A stretch of DNA of 64,000 bases from Octopus vulgaris (GCA_951406725.2 OX597814.1:216628001-216692000), one strand, 5' to 3'; shown: positions 15,748-30,429, counted from the first letter of the stretch. Program-made: numbers and translations. Notes: a model not told the origin generated them from the letters alone.

Positions 15748-17017
15748 GTGAGTAGATATCTGCACTCTCTCTCTTTCTCCGCACACTCACACATACACAC
15801 GCACTGACCACGCGCACACATGCGTACACATACATACATATCTTATAGAAGAAAAGCAAACCGTCAATTTAAATAGGGAGCTCAATACGTTTAGTAGATG
15901 GTGATATCGATTTTGTTAAATGATAACAGGTATTTCAAAGTTTAGCCTGATCAGCTTAAACGCATGAATACATACATATGTAAATACATGTTCAAATCAA
16001 ATATATAGATAAATATTATATGCGTATTTATTTATTATTTGATTCCCTGCATATTCTGCGGCGAGCCGGAAAAGTCTTTTGTACGTCGAGCAAAATGATA
16101 AGCGGTAATTCGCACATCTTTTTATTTTGAGTTCAAATTCTACTGCAGCCGACTTTGCCCTTCATCCTTTAATCGTTTTTACTACACCTCTGTATGAGTA
16201 TTTACTCTCCTGCCAAGCTTTGTTGAGCTAGTGTGAGTTGTTAGGTTCATCGAACTACTATACTCTCGAGGTCAAAACACGGCCTCCACATCAGACAGGG
16301 TTGGTAGAGAGATTATACTGAGACCTTCGTTCTGCTGTGGACTGAACATCGGCAATCTAATGCAATCCATATGATCATAATTTGTATGCATGTAAGTATA
16401 TATAGACTTTTATACAGCCACGTAAATATACTGAGACATGAACATGCAGTAGACCGTAGTAAAAACTGCGAAATAATTGTATTTGGGTTTCCTGAAATTC
16501 AGACAATAAACTCCAATTACTGATAGTAAACTATTACAGAATAAACATTTTTTAACTCACTGAATTTTTGCTGGTCAATAAAAAGACTGTTCGATCCACT
16601 ATTTTGTCTTTAAATGAAGTTCACACAATGAACATCTTTTATATATTCCGTGATATAATTTCCGATTCTGACAGTAAATAAAATCCTACTCAATTATTCA
16701 CTAATCTTGTGTTTATACACACACACGCACGCACAAACACACTCACAAACACACACACACAAACACACACACACATACATACACGCACGCACAAACATGC
16801 GCGTGGAGACGCAAGCACACATATGTACATATGTAACCACACACGTAGATTTGGTAATATTTTCCTTCTCTCAACATTTCTGTTTATCTTTCTGACAAAG
16901 AGCCATGCTCGGAACGTTAAAAGCCCTTTCTTTTCCTCCACTTTACCGAGCGTCCATCTAATATATTACATGCACACGTCCTCTTGTCTTTTGTTATTTT
17001 TATTTTTAATGTTCTTT

Positions 17018-17077
<60 letters not shown>

Positions 17078-17131
17078 AAATCGAATTGTAAAATTTGAAG
17101 AGTAGAACATTAAAAATAAAAATATATATTA

Positions 17132-17520
17132 CAGATGAGAAAATAACTTTATTCTCAAACGGAGGATAATGTTAATAATATAGCATGAACAGGATAAAAA
17201 CTATCCATATTTTGCAGAAAAATCTGTCGGCGACCAGTCATGAGACTCGAACTCACATCCCTGTGATAACGCTACTTATAAAGCTAGATTTATATATCCT
17301 AAATTTGCAGCAGAAGTTTTCGTTCGGGCAGCTTAGCTAAATGGTAAAGCACTTGACGCGTAATCGCAGGGATGTGTGTTTGAGTCTTATAGCTAGCCGC
17401 AAAATATGGATATTTCATCCTGTTCATGCTATACTATTAGCATTATCCTGCGTTTGAGAATAAATTATTTCCTCATCTGAATCTTTCAATACATCTCAAC
17501 GCTTCTAAAGCTAACTTTCT
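17132..17520. mobile_element. Head-to-head inverted pair of tRNA-derived SINEs (duplicated at ~32177-32560)
   Basis: + copy from 17326: GGGCAGCTTAGCTAAATGGTAAAGCA (A box)...GTTTGAGTC (B-box-like); truncated - copy 17132-17273; tails are inverted repeats. Confidence 0.75.
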
Positions 17521-17569
17521 TTTTTGAATTTAATGTATGCATGTATATATACACATCCGGCATTTGCAG

Positions 17570-17622
17570 ATGGAGCATGAGTTTTCAACCGTAACGGGAA
17601 ATTTCAGAGTTGAACACTGTGG
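17570..17622 (+). CDS. aGPCR-like exon, SEA-like module part b
   Basis: ttgcag|ATG...TGT GG|gtaagc; 53 nt, phase 0->2; conserved in the duplicate at 32618-32670. Confidence 0.75.
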
Positions 17623-17825
17623 GTAAGCAAAAGCTTCTAACATATTTATTCAAAATTTATTTGCCTTTGTTCCACACATTCGATTTTATCGCATGTATTA
17701 TACGTCTCAATAATCAACAGTGTTGTACTTGTGACCCACAATATACTAATTCATACATTCGATGAAATGCTTAAGTGTTTTATCACCCATATAAAGATAC
17801 TGAGAGAACTATATATACATATGTG

Positions 17826-17893
<68 letters not shown>

Positions 17894-17897
<4 letters not shown>

Positions 17898-18737
17898 TAA
17901 ATGAGGGCAAAGGAAAAACATTCTAATGCCAAATATGCCGAAAAATTGGACATATTGTCCATTAACCATATAATTTTTTCACAATACGCACGCTACTCGA
18001 AAAAAGGCTGACAGAAATTTCTAAAAAATCCCATTATTACCATATCGGACAGATTTCAGAGTTAGCTACTAAGAGCCCTCTCTTCGTCAGTGATACATGT
18101 GGTAAAAGATATAAATGAGATACTTACTCGCACCCAAGGAAGAAGCAAATACTAAGTCATGGGCACAACGAAGTACCCTAAATACATCCAAAATAGAAAT
18201 ACTCCAGCCCATTCGAGGCACGTGCGATTTGAAGTGAGGCTCTCACAGAGTGAGTTAGTTAGTTCGGGAGTGAACGCTTAAATTTATATCAAATGTGAGG
18301 ATAAAATTCTCTTCGAAAAAAAAATATTTTCTCGAAAAAAATTTCATCAATGGCCAGCATATTAAAAAATACCTTTAACGGTTAAATTTATAAACAATTC
18401 ATAAATGAGGGCAAAGGAAAAAAACATGTATTACTGACGAAGAGAGGGCTCTTAGTAGCTAACTCTGAAATCGGTCCGATATGGTAATAATGGAATTTTT
18501 TAGAAATTTCTGTCAGCCTTTTTTCGAGTAGCGTGCGTATTGTGAAAAAATTATATGGTTAATGGACAATATGTCCAATTTTTCGGCATATTTGGCATTA
18601 GAATTTTGTTTCCTTTGCCCTCATTTATGAATTGTTTATAAATTTAACCGTTAAAGGTATTTTTTAATATGCTGGCCATTGATAAAATTTTTTTCGAGAA
18701 AATGTTTTTTTTTCGAAAAGAATATTATCCTCACATT

Positions 18738-18742
<5 letters not shown>
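17894..18742. mobile_element. Non-autonomous PLE-like mini-element with inverted and partial-tandem pLTRs and two hammerhead motifs, inserted in (TA)n
   Basis: 17894-18100 and 18286-18424 are both reverse complements of parts of 18425-18742; absent from the duplicated block; CTGACGA...GAAA motifs. Confidence 0.8.
18428..18482 (+). ncRNA. Minimal hammerhead ribozyme motif (second copy on - strand at 18042-18096)
   Basis: CTGACGA(18434-40)-AGAG...CTCT-GAAA(18467-70)-TCGG-TC-CGATA. Confidence 0.65.
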
Positions 18743-18778
<36 letters not shown>

Positions 18779-18779
<1 letters not shown>

Positions 18780-19057
18780 CCCGGACCGGGCTGCGTGTTG
18801 TGTTCTTGAGCAAGACACTTTATTTCACATTGCTCCAGTTCACTCTGCTGTAGAAATGAGTTGCGACGTCACAGGTGCCAAGCTGTATCGACCTTTGTCT
18901 TTCCCTTGGATAACACTGGCGGCGTGGAGAGGGGAGGCCGGTATGCATGGGCGACTACTGGTCTTCCATAAAAAACAACCTTGCCCAGACTTGTGCCTCA
19001 GAGGGTAACTCTCTCGGTGCAAACCCATGGTCACTCATGACCGAAGGGGGTCTTTAC

Positions 19058-19060
<3 letters not shown>
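18779..19060 (+). mobile_element. 5'-truncated SINE
   Basis: TTGTGTTCTTGAGCAAGACACTTTATTTCACATTGCTCCAGTTCACTC core shared with the copy at ~45440. Confidence 0.75.
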
Positions 19061-19122
<62 letters not shown>

Positions 19123-19131
19123 CATATATAT

Positions 19132-20334
<1,203 letters not shown>

Positions 20335-20485
20335 GTAAATATATATATATATGTGTGTATATATATATATGTGTGTGTGTGTATATATATATGTATATAT
20401 ATATATATACATCTATATATACATACATATATATATATATATATAAACACGCACACCTATATACATACGTATATATATACATACG

Positions 20486-20541
<56 letters not shown>

Positions 20542-21492
20542 CACACACATATATGGGTGTGTGTATATAAATTAAGGTGGCTATCTGCAATTTGAAACCA
20601 GCAGGGAAATAATTCACAGTCACTAAGTGTGAAAAGAGTGCAATGAGCACCAACATTGTTAGAAATATCAGTCATAAACTCCTTAGCCACAAAAAGACAT
20701 ATGGTCTCTTTGCATTGGCAGGGGGGACGACATTCCCCACGGTAAGCCAGATGGATTAGATTAGCATGCTAATTTCTTATAGGAAGTTAATACTCATCAG
20801 CAATGCTCACTCCATTACGGCTGCTGGAGGCTAACTCACACCTGTCAGTATCATTGAGAATGCCATAGGAATTAGGGATTGATTTCACAAAATGGCAATG
20901 TGAAGATTATAAAATATTTAAGGTGGCTAACACGCAATTTAAAACCAACCAGGAAATTACATATATATATATAAAATGTATATAAAAATTTATACACGGT
21001 GGGAAGACCACCATGTGGATTTCTTACATTCTAAAGAGGGCAAGCCACGGTACTGGACGAATATGTTCTTAAGACCAACTTTTAGTCACCCGCTTATAAT
21101 TCTAGCCGCCTTCACTAATTCTGTTCTCAACCATACTGAATGCGGTTATTTTAGCTATGATGATCCAATCCTAAGCTATATTTGAATATAGTGATAGAAA
21201 GCGATGTGAAAGACAGTGGTGATGGTGGTGGAGGGGAAAGTGATGAAAAGTATTGATGGTGATGGCGTCAGAAGTCTGGATGGCGTGTGTATGGCAGATA
21301 CGGTGATGATGGTGGTGGTACTCTGGTTTATCATGAAGCTTTGCAATAAGTTTCGAGTCGACAAATTATATCATTGCTTTGAAGAAAATTGTTCATTGCT
21401 TGAGAAACATTCATGTTTCATGAAATTTAATATGTACTCAATGCATGGTGTCATTGTTGGGCCCAAGGATCAATAGGGCAGCTTTTAAACGA

Positions 21493-21528
<36 letters not shown>

Positions 21529-21615
21529 ATGTATGTATACTTCTATCTATCTAGCTAGCTAGCTACATACATGCATACATACCGACATACATGTATGTAT
21601 TTATTTTTATTTCAG

Positions 21616-21770
21616 CTCAAACAGAAATAAAATATTTGCTATTTACTGTACAGTATTTAGCGAAATGACTGAAAGTCAACTGCGGCGCAATATCTCCAAA
21701 ATTTTGAACAAATCCCAGGCATTGCTTAACTTAGGAGTTCCGCAAAGCCACATGAAATTCATTGATGAAA
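21616..21770 (+). CDS. aGPCR-like exon, SEA-like module part c
   Basis: tttcag| ... GAA A|gtaagt; 155 nt, phase 2->1; SNRNKIFAIYCTVFSEMTESQLRRNISKILNKSQALLNLGVPQSHMKFIDE. Confidence 0.78.
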
Positions 21771-21891
21771 GTAAGTATCGTGTTTCTTATTAATATTGTC
21801 ATCATTACCGTCATAATTAGCTTCATCAATCACCAAACTCTTCGCCGTTGTCGTCATCATCAACCACAGTAGATGATGCCAAGCACATAGA

Positions 21892-21955
<64 letters not shown>

Positions 21956-23139
21956 ACTATTTATTTACATTTTCTCAAAGCTTGGATAATTTCAAAAAAA
22001 CAGCATTTTATTTTGCGCTTTTCCGTTTCTTGTCCCTACGGAACTGTTTGTCTTTTCTCAGTTTCTTTTTAATTATACCAATTAACCAAGGGCAAAAATG
22101 TTTTCTTCTTATTTTGTATAGAAGTAGAAGATGCAGACTCTACTGGGCAGAATAATTCACACAATTCCAGTACTTTCTTTAATTCAAACAGGAAAATTAT
22201 TTAATGTTGCAAATAATTTTCCTCGGTGAAAATTCATTTTGTTCGAAGTGATCATATTAATTTTTGAATTAGGATCGATAGATACACACACAGCTAATAC
22301 GCTTTAACTCATCTCTAAGAGATATAAAAGAGGAACAAATCATATCCCATTGCCGAAAAATGATATATTTTCACGTCGTTTCCATTTATTTCCTTTTACC
22401 ATCGCCAAATCAATATAACATCTACCTATTTCTAGCGTACATTAGGTTTTGCGCTTCCGGTCAGTATGTCTAAAGAGTGATCAATATATTGACGAAATCC
22501 AACACTAGAGGCCGCGAAACAGACTAGCATTCTGAGTAGTCATATCCCGTAACCAGTTATATATTACTTGAGAAAATATAAAATATATATATACATATGC
22601 ACACACCTATATTTCTATTTTATTTATTATTTTTTAAGAATATATAAGTAAATATATATATATAAACATATATATATATAATCTACAGGATATCAAGTAG
22701 TTATGCAGTTTCAAGCGGCTAAATTTAATTGAACAATACAAACATTACATCAATTTAAATGCAATGCCATCTTCAGCTGCATAAATAAAGAGAATTTTAA
22801 TAAGTAGGACACTTTAATGTAATTTTTCTCAAATATTTTAAGAGAGCAAGAAGATGGAGAAATTCATATTGTCGTCATTTTAGTTAAGAATAGACTACAC
22901 TTCCAAGAATTGCATGGAGCCTGGTTGGGTCGGGGGTCCTTGTCTTGTAAGGGATTGTAATTCATTTCTAAATCATTTATCTCTTTATAAACTACTAAAT
23001 GAAAAACTAGAAATCTGTCTATTTTGAATAAATATATATGCTCTCCGTATATGTTTGTAACACTTCATGTATCATTGTCCTCAAATCAGCCAGCAAGTGG
23101 TCCCAAACAATTTATTTCCAACGTTAACTACTGCTGCTG

Positions 23140-23189
<50 letters not shown>

Positions 23190-23225
23190 GGCTTCTCTCA
23201 TATCCATATTTTGCTTCTTTTTCAG

Positions 23226-23340
23226 TGGTTTGTGATGAAAGCACAACATCAACTAACAATCGAGCTTTTTCTTGGCCAATGACAAAAATAGGAACTACTG
23301 CAGAGATCCCATGTCATGCATATGTAGCCACCAGGAATTG
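23226..23340 (+). CDS. aGPCR-like exon: hormone-receptor (HRM) domain part 1
   Basis: tttcag|; VCDESTTSTNNRAFSWPMTKIGTTAEIPCHAYVATRNC (C..WP.T..G.....PC...TR.C motif); phase 1->2. Confidence 0.85.
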
Positions 23341-23589
23341 GTTCGTTTGTATTGATTTATTTCTACTCAAAGTTTGAAGTTTTCAGCGTCATCCTATTGT
23401 GAGAGAATATTACTTGGTAGAGCAGATAACAGCTTTATAGATTAACAAGATAGAATTAAATGTCTATCGGTTGCAATCTCTTGTCCCAGCATTTTTACAT
23501 TTGATACATTATTTGATATAATTTAGCCTTGTCCTAACTACCTAAGTTTGCTTTGTCGCCAATATCATACAAAGCTTTCATTTCATTCG

Positions 23590-23970
23590 TTTTTATGTTC
23601 TGAGTTCAAATTCCGCTAAGGTCGACTTTGCCTTTAATTTTTTCGGTTCGATGAAATAAATACCATTTGAGCACTGGGGTTAGTGTAAACTACTTATCCC
23701 TTCCCCTGAAATTTCTGGCCTTGTGCCAAAATTTGAAACCAATATTAGACAAGGCTTTATGGTGCTGACCTGGTGGAATAGTTACCATGCCGGACAAAAT
23801 GATTAGCAGCATTTCTTCTGACTTTACATTCTGAGATCAAATGCCACCAGGGTCGACTTTGTCTTTTACCCTTTCGGGATCGATAAAATAAGTACCAATT
23901 AAACACTGGGGTCTATGTAATCGAACTACCCCCGCCCCAAATAGCTGGCCTTGTGCTAAAATTTGAAATC
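23590..23970 (+). mobile_element. Two tandem tRNA-derived SINEs
   Basis: TTCTGAGTTCAAAT..GTCGACTTTG..GATAAAATAAGTACC..CACTGGGG motif; same family at 16060, 25563, 45590, 61470. Confidence 0.8.
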
Positions 23971-24763
23971 AGCATTATTCAAAGATTTAAAGATTCTTGT
24001 AAGTTCCAGAATTTCACAAAATAATTGTAGGAAAGAAAGCACATACCTAGATACAGTCAATAGAATCTATCAGTGATTCTGTTGGTTTCAGGCTAATACT
24101 ATTTATTCAATTTTATGATTACATTAGAGCTATATATCTTGCTAGTACATGATGGTGATCCTGGGATTTCACTCGTCACAGGCTATGTAACACGGTCTCT
24201 CTTCTCTCATTTCTACCACGTCATTCCACAGGTTAAGCATCTAAATTGTTCCTCACAGAGGCTGAGCTTCATTAGTTTTAAGACAAAACCAACTGGTGGA
24301 ATTACTCAAATCTGTGCATATGTAGGAAAATATACATAAATCCATTGCTGCCCACTGTTGCTACTGATGTCTATGGTGTCGAAATATTAGCAACTAATTC
24401 CCCCATTCAACTTGAACTAACAACTTGGCTCCTTAATTCTGCATCACCTACACCGTTCCAACTAATCTTGTATTGAATAATCATAAAAAACAACAAATTA
24501 TTGTAAATAAAAACAGATGCAGGAATATTGTTTTTATATCTGAACTCTAGTTAGAAAATATCTGACATTAGTTTTGAGGATAGGGGTCAGGAGTAAATAA
24601 TAGATTTCTCCCCCAAATACAAGACACCATTTATCCTTCTTTCACTAAATTATGAGTTCAAATCACGACCAGATCGAAGGTTTCTTATATTCCTCTGAGA
24701 CTGATGAAATTCTCCTCAGAATGAATAAACTCGACTGATAATATTTAACATTTATTTTTTCAG

Positions 24764-24906
24764 TTCTTCCAGAACGATGGGGCATCCAGAAATGGCATCA
24801 AGTCAAAACCTGTCATCACAAAAGTGTTCACCGTTTACTGGTATCTGGCAAGAACCAGACATGTCTCAATGTTACAATGCAGAACAGAGCAAAAGCATTG
24901 ATGATG
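24764..24906 (+). CDS. aGPCR-like exon: HRM domain part 2
   Basis: tttcag| ... |gtgagc; CSPFTGIWQEPDMSQC (G.W..PD.S.C motif); phase 2->1. Confidence 0.85.
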
Positions 24907-25562
24907 GTGAGCGAGCAAATGTTTTAAATGAGTTTTACAGTAGTAGAAATAGCAGGATGAGAAGAAGTAATTTTTGAGAGAGACTTTCTGTCTGTTTAAA
25001 TACGACCACTCTGGTGGGGGTGGGGGTGGTGAGTGTGTATGTGTATGTATTTCTATGTCTGTTCCATTATGACTGTTCTGTGTGTGTGTGTTTGTAATTA
25101 CAATGATTTATGAAAAGGTAATGCAACCTATTCTCCCGTTTGAGTCCTCCAGGAATGAGTCCATCTCGTTCAACGGCAAATAATTTGACTCATTTATGGA
25201 AACGTTATAAAAGAATTTATTACTTTGGAGAGTTGAGTTCATTATTGTAATATCGTTAAAACCACGTTTTCGTAAACATTCTGCAGACAGGCTGAGTAGA
25301 TCGAGAAGCAGAAAAACAAGAGGGATATTACTGGTACATACCTCTTTGCATACATTACGTTGGAGCGGTGGTTGTAGAATCTTCAAATATTCAATGACAT
25401 ACCCTACATATCTGTTTGGCATAGAATATAAGCGATTTACTTCTCTCAAATGTTATTATGGCACTGTCAAATTGAATAGATTTTCATATGCATTTAGTGA
25501 TGTGATGATTTCAATTTCTCATTAGACCATTATGAAAACTTATCACTATTAATCCTTAAATT

Positions 25563-25780
25563 AGGCGGTAAGCTGGCAGAATCGTTAGCAGACCGGGAGA
25601 AATGCTTTGCAGTACTTCGTCTGTCTTTACGTTCTGAGTTCAAATTCCGCCGAGATTGACTTTGCTTTTCATCATTTCTGTGTCGATAAAATAAGCGAAA
25701 GTTGAGCTCTGGGTCAATGTAATCAACGTAACCCCCTACACCGAATCTGCTGGTCACGTACCAATATTTGAAACCTGTAT
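25563..25780 (+). mobile_element. tRNA-derived SINE
   Basis: AGGCGGTAAGCTGGCAGAATCGTTAGCA head; GAGTTCAAATTCC B box. Confidence 0.8.
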
Positions 25781-25979
25781 TATTCCGTTTATTATGTCCA
25801 TTTATTTACACGATTTTTTTCATTTCATGTTCATTTCATTCATCGTTTACAATGCCCCCCCCCCCACAAACACACTCTCTCTCTCACTCACACTCACACA
25901 AACACACATGGAATCAAACACCACGACATGAAGGAAAAGAGAAAAAGAGAGCACTTTTGGCGAGTGAACAAAATATTGG

Positions 25980-26450
25980 TTTGAAAGCTGGAAAACTGAA
26001 GTGGACAGAGAAGCTAAAGGAGATGGACAGGAAGTCAAGACAGGTCCTAACGATGTATGGAGTCCATCATCCACGTGCAGACATTGATCACCGATACACG
26101 AAGAGAGCGAATGGAGAAAAGGGACTGATAAGCGTGGGAAACTGCGTGCGTTTCGAACTCGAAGGCTTAATGAGATACCGAACCCAAAGTAAGGAAACCT
26201 TACTAGTGACAGTTAGGAATGAGGGAGTATTGAAAGCAGGAAAAACGAAGGAAGAAACATAAAAAGAAATTAAGAAGAATGGCGCAAGAAGGGAGAACAC
26301 GATGAATTTCCATATAACAAAAAATAGGTGGGATTGGCTGATGAAAAGAATTCTAAAGAAAGAGACTGAGAACACTATATTGGCAGGGCAAGAGTAAGCT
26401 TTGGCCACAAACTGGAGGGTCGACATTAGAATGAGCAAGTGTCCAGGAAC
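25980..26450 (+). mobile_element. Dong/R4-type (RLE) LINE relic
   Basis: DRKSRQVLTMYGVHHPRADIDHRYTKRANGEKGL; homologous to the fragment at 42890-43735. Confidence 0.75.
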
Positions 26451-26519
26451 TCCCACAATGCAAGCCTCCAGGAACTCCTACACAACCTGTGATAAAGAGA
26501 AATAATAATAAACCAATTT

Positions 26520-28752
26520 ACGACTTACCTATATTAGTTAATAAGCTTAAGCTTAACCTTTGGGCCAGCTCCACGCAAGTCGTAAATTGGTTTTCTTCCA
26601 TTTCTAATAAAAACAGCACTAAGTTCATTCAGTTCGATATTGCTAATTTCTACTCCTCGATAAACCCTAGTGTACTCAATAAGGCCCTATGGCACGCGCA
26701 TAATAAGGCAGGCCTCACAAGGGAGGAAATTAATATAATTCTAGTGGCTAGAAAATCCTTTATACAGTTTGAAGATAAGTTATGGGTCCGTAAGGATACT
26801 CCCAACGAGTTCGATGTGCCAATGGGAAGCTCAGATAGCGCCCAGATAGCCGATTTGGTCGGAATCTATATTCTCTATGAATTAGCCGACCAATTCCCGG
26901 ACATCTGCGCCGGTCTATATCGAGACGATTGTCTTTTTTACCTACAGAATGCCCCGAACAGAAGGATACAGAAAACTAAAAATAGATTAGCTAGGTTCTT
27001 TAGTAGGATGGGCATGAACATAGTTTTCGACAACGAACTAACTAAGGCCAATTTCTTAGATGTTACCCTAAATCTGCATAGCAACTCTTACTGCCCCTAC
27101 CATAAACCTTCCACAAACCTAAAATATGTCAGTATTTTCAGTAACCACGCAAAAACTATCACAGATAATTTAGTTAAAAATATTTCTTTAAGATTATCAA
27201 ATTTATCTGTCAACGTCGACATTTTTAAGCAAAAAGCGGAATTCTATAATGCCGCCCTGTCAAAATCCGGTTATAGGGAAAACGTAGCATATATCGACCC
27301 GGCCCTTCCGAAACCAGTATTTGCTCATCAGGATAAGTTAACTTACAATAATATAAATAATATAAGTAGTGATGGTAGCTCTAGCAATGTCGACACAAAT
27401 ATAGCTAACATAAATAAGTTGCGGTCCAAGGGAGACCATCGTAAGCCAAAACCCATTCTTCAATACAGAGATGCCCCCCTTAATGTAAGAGTTAACACTC
27501 CGAGCCAGTCCAAGAACAGAAAAAACTATATCTGGTTTGTGATTCCTTTTGGGAAACAAATCGGATCTAACCTCCCTTTACAGTTTCGCCAAGCCATTGC
27601 CAGAAATTTTCCCAGAAATTCGAGATATTACTCCACTATAATTTCGCACAAAGTAAGGATTGCTTTCTCAAATACTAAAAATCTCTCACAGATAATTGCC
27701 TCCCATAACAATAAGCTGCTAAATAAGGTCTCATCACCCATGAGCAGAGACACCGCCCTATCAAATTCCAACGTAACATATAGTAATAATAATAATAATA
27801 GAAACAGCACAGATATTAGCAGCCTTCATACCAGCATTGGCGTTAGCAATAGTAATAAGGATAAGAGCACTGGCCAGGACATTAACGGAGGGGGTCTCAA
27901 CAATAATAGTAGCAGCGTCCTTAACAACAGTAGTTTTACGGACAATAACAATCACAGCATTCCCAGAAACAGGGAATGTGCAGGTGATATTGTCTTAAAT
28001 AGCAATGAAAATAGGATGAATAGTATCGTGCCCAAATCCAGCAGTAATTTTTACACCCATCATAGAAATAAGAATGCTGTATTAGTATCGGAAACTAATC
28101 CCAATAGATTAAGGTTCTTATCAAATAACTCCAAAATTAGAAACACCACTTACCAGTGCAAAATTTCTACTGGATCCGATGTCTACCTCTATATTGGCGC
28201 AACCTCCTCTAAATTAGCCACAAGGGTCTCAAACCATTTTCCCACGTTCCGAGATAAGAGTAAACAGCACACCACGGGGCTAAGCAAATTAGTCTGGCGT
28301 TTGAAGAACGCAAATTCAACTTTTACGCTGGAATGGTCAATATTGTCGGTATCCTTACCGTTTGATAAGGGCAGAAAAATCTGTGCCCTCTGTAATTTCG
28401 AACTCTTTCATATTCTGTTTGCCCGAAGCCAAGTAATAAACTCGATTGTCGAGAGATCTTTCAGATGCTTACACCGGAAAAAGCATACTTTTCACTCATA
28501 CCAATGAAGTCTAATATAGATAACCCCTGGATTTCCTACAAAATTAATTTGTGATATCTTATCCCTTTAGTTTATAAGATTTTCTCATAATTGCTAAGAG
28601 CTGCTAGCAATTCTAGTAGTCCCCTCGTCTCTCGTCATTGCTATTGTGGGCTCTCTGCCCACTCCCTCTTAAGTTGACACATTCGAACACACAGACACAG
28701 TCCTTTCACCTCCTGACTGTTAATTTTCTGTCAGCCTTCTACATACACAATC

Positions 28753-28830
<78 letters not shown>

Positions 28831-29412
28831 TAAGGCAATTATACACACTCATACATACGAGCACTCATTCATAAAATAAATCAAATATAAACACCAGTCC
28901 AACAGTATACATTCCCTCACCTTAATATTCTTTTTCCTTCCTTCTCCAACCTTGATTGAACCCTTGAACTCTTTTAACTGCCAGCTTCTCTTACATTCAA
29001 CCAATCTGATGTCACCCCCTATAAATAGGCATTATTTATCATTATCGCTATGGGCTCCTCGTGAGCAGTCATCTGAAAACTTGTTGTGCATTTTGTTGGC
29101 GAAAGAAGTTCCTGGATTTACCTGAAGAGGAAGCTGCATAATGGACTCCTTATTCATTCGGAATTAGGGATTTTGCAGACTTCGAAACATATGTCGAAAA
29201 TAAAATAAAGGAATTTTGTTAAATCTTCGCTCAGCTCCATTCTTTCCTATACTTATTATATTAAATTAAACTTCAAATTTCCCGCACTAAGGCACGGAGT
29301 ATATGCCCTATGGTCGTAACTTCAACCGTGTTCTTTCTGTTGTGAGTTTGCTACCCAGGTATCAGTTATCTTTCGAATTATCCGTAATAAGATAATTCAT
29401 TTATATACTTAA

Positions 29413-29420
<8 letters not shown>
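26520..29420 (+). mobile_element. 5'-truncated Hydra-like PLE, second subfamily; open RT-GIY-YIG frame to 28507; 3' pLTR ends in (TA)n
   Basis: 672-aa ORF homologous to 2100-4110; 3' region 29100-29415 homologous to 4720-5030. Confidence 0.92.
29116..29201 (+). ncRNA. Minimal type I hammerhead ribozyme motif with extended stem II
   Basis: CTGAAGA(29122-28)-G-GAAGCTGCA...TGCAGaCTTC-GAAA(29184-87)-CATATG-TC; palindrome ACATATGT; predicted cut after C29195. Confidence 0.85.
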
Positions 29421-29461
<41 letters not shown>

Positions 29462-29465
<4 letters not shown>

Positions 29466-29885
29466 TAGTAGTGGGTGTGTGGTAAGTATATTGCTTACGA
29501 ACCACATGGTCCCGGGTTCATCCCACTGTGTGGTACCTTGGGCAAGTGTCTTCTACTATAGCCTCGGGCCGACCAAAACCTTGTGAGTGGATTTGGTAGA
29601 CGGAAACTGAAAGAAGCCTGTCGTATATATGTATATATATCTATGTGTGTGTATGTGTGTATATGTTTGTGTCTGTTTTTGTCACCCCCCTCCAACATCG
29701 CTTGACAACCGATGCTGGTGTGTTTACGACCCTGTAACTTAGCGGTTCGACAAAAGAGACCGATAGAATAAATACTAGGCTTACAAAGAATAAGTATTGG
29801 GGTCGATTTGCTCGACTAAAGGCGGTGCTCCAGCATGGCCACAGTCAAATGACTGAAACAAATGAAAGAGTAAAAAGAGTAAAGA
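29462..29885 (+). mobile_element. tRNA-derived SINE with internal (TG/TA)n
   Basis: TGTGTGGTAAG A box, GGGTTCATCCC B box, CCTTGGGCAAG core, GCTCCAGCATGGCC...TGACTGAAAC tail. Confidence 0.82.
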
Positions 29886-30313
29886 GTATATATGAATCTT
29901 TAGTCAAATATATTCAATGAGAATATTATATACTGAATATATATTGAGTGCTCTATTGTATCAAAGTATTAATACTATTAAGGTATTTATATATTTAATA
30001 CGAGCGATTATATATATTTTTAAATAATATATTATTATTAATATTAAGAATTCAATATCAGAAAACTTCTCAGAAAGATATACACATGTGAAAAAAAAAT
30101 TGTTGTATTAAAAATATATAAATAAATAAATATAAATATTTATAAAAATATATGTATATATGTATACGTATAAATATATAATGTATATGACAGTTTAAAA
30201 GTTTTGAATTAAGTATTTAAGGCATCTTACGATCGTTTCACAGAAGTGCTGTCCCCATAATGAAATCCTATATTGGATACGTGTACGTGCACATAGATGC
30301 AAATAAATGTTTC

Positions 30314-30357
<44 letters not shown>

Positions 30358-30429
30358 TACTTATGTATGTACATATGAATATAAACTTATATATGTGTTA
30401 TGTATGTATGCAATTGTGGGCTGATTTGC

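Noticed and set aside
17326-17400. Functional tRNA gene (also 46393-46475)
   Set aside because: Acceptor stem and T-arm are degenerate and it is attached to a repeat tail; treated as a SINE head
22695-22790. Hammerhead-like motif on - strand (CTGAAGA...GAAACTGCATA)
   Set aside because: Stem III and stem I pairing are broken; at best a decayed relic
25108-25449. 113-aa - strand ORF as a missing GAIN exon
   Set aside because: Wrong strand and no GPS motif; possibly a decayed DNA-transposon fragment, unassigned
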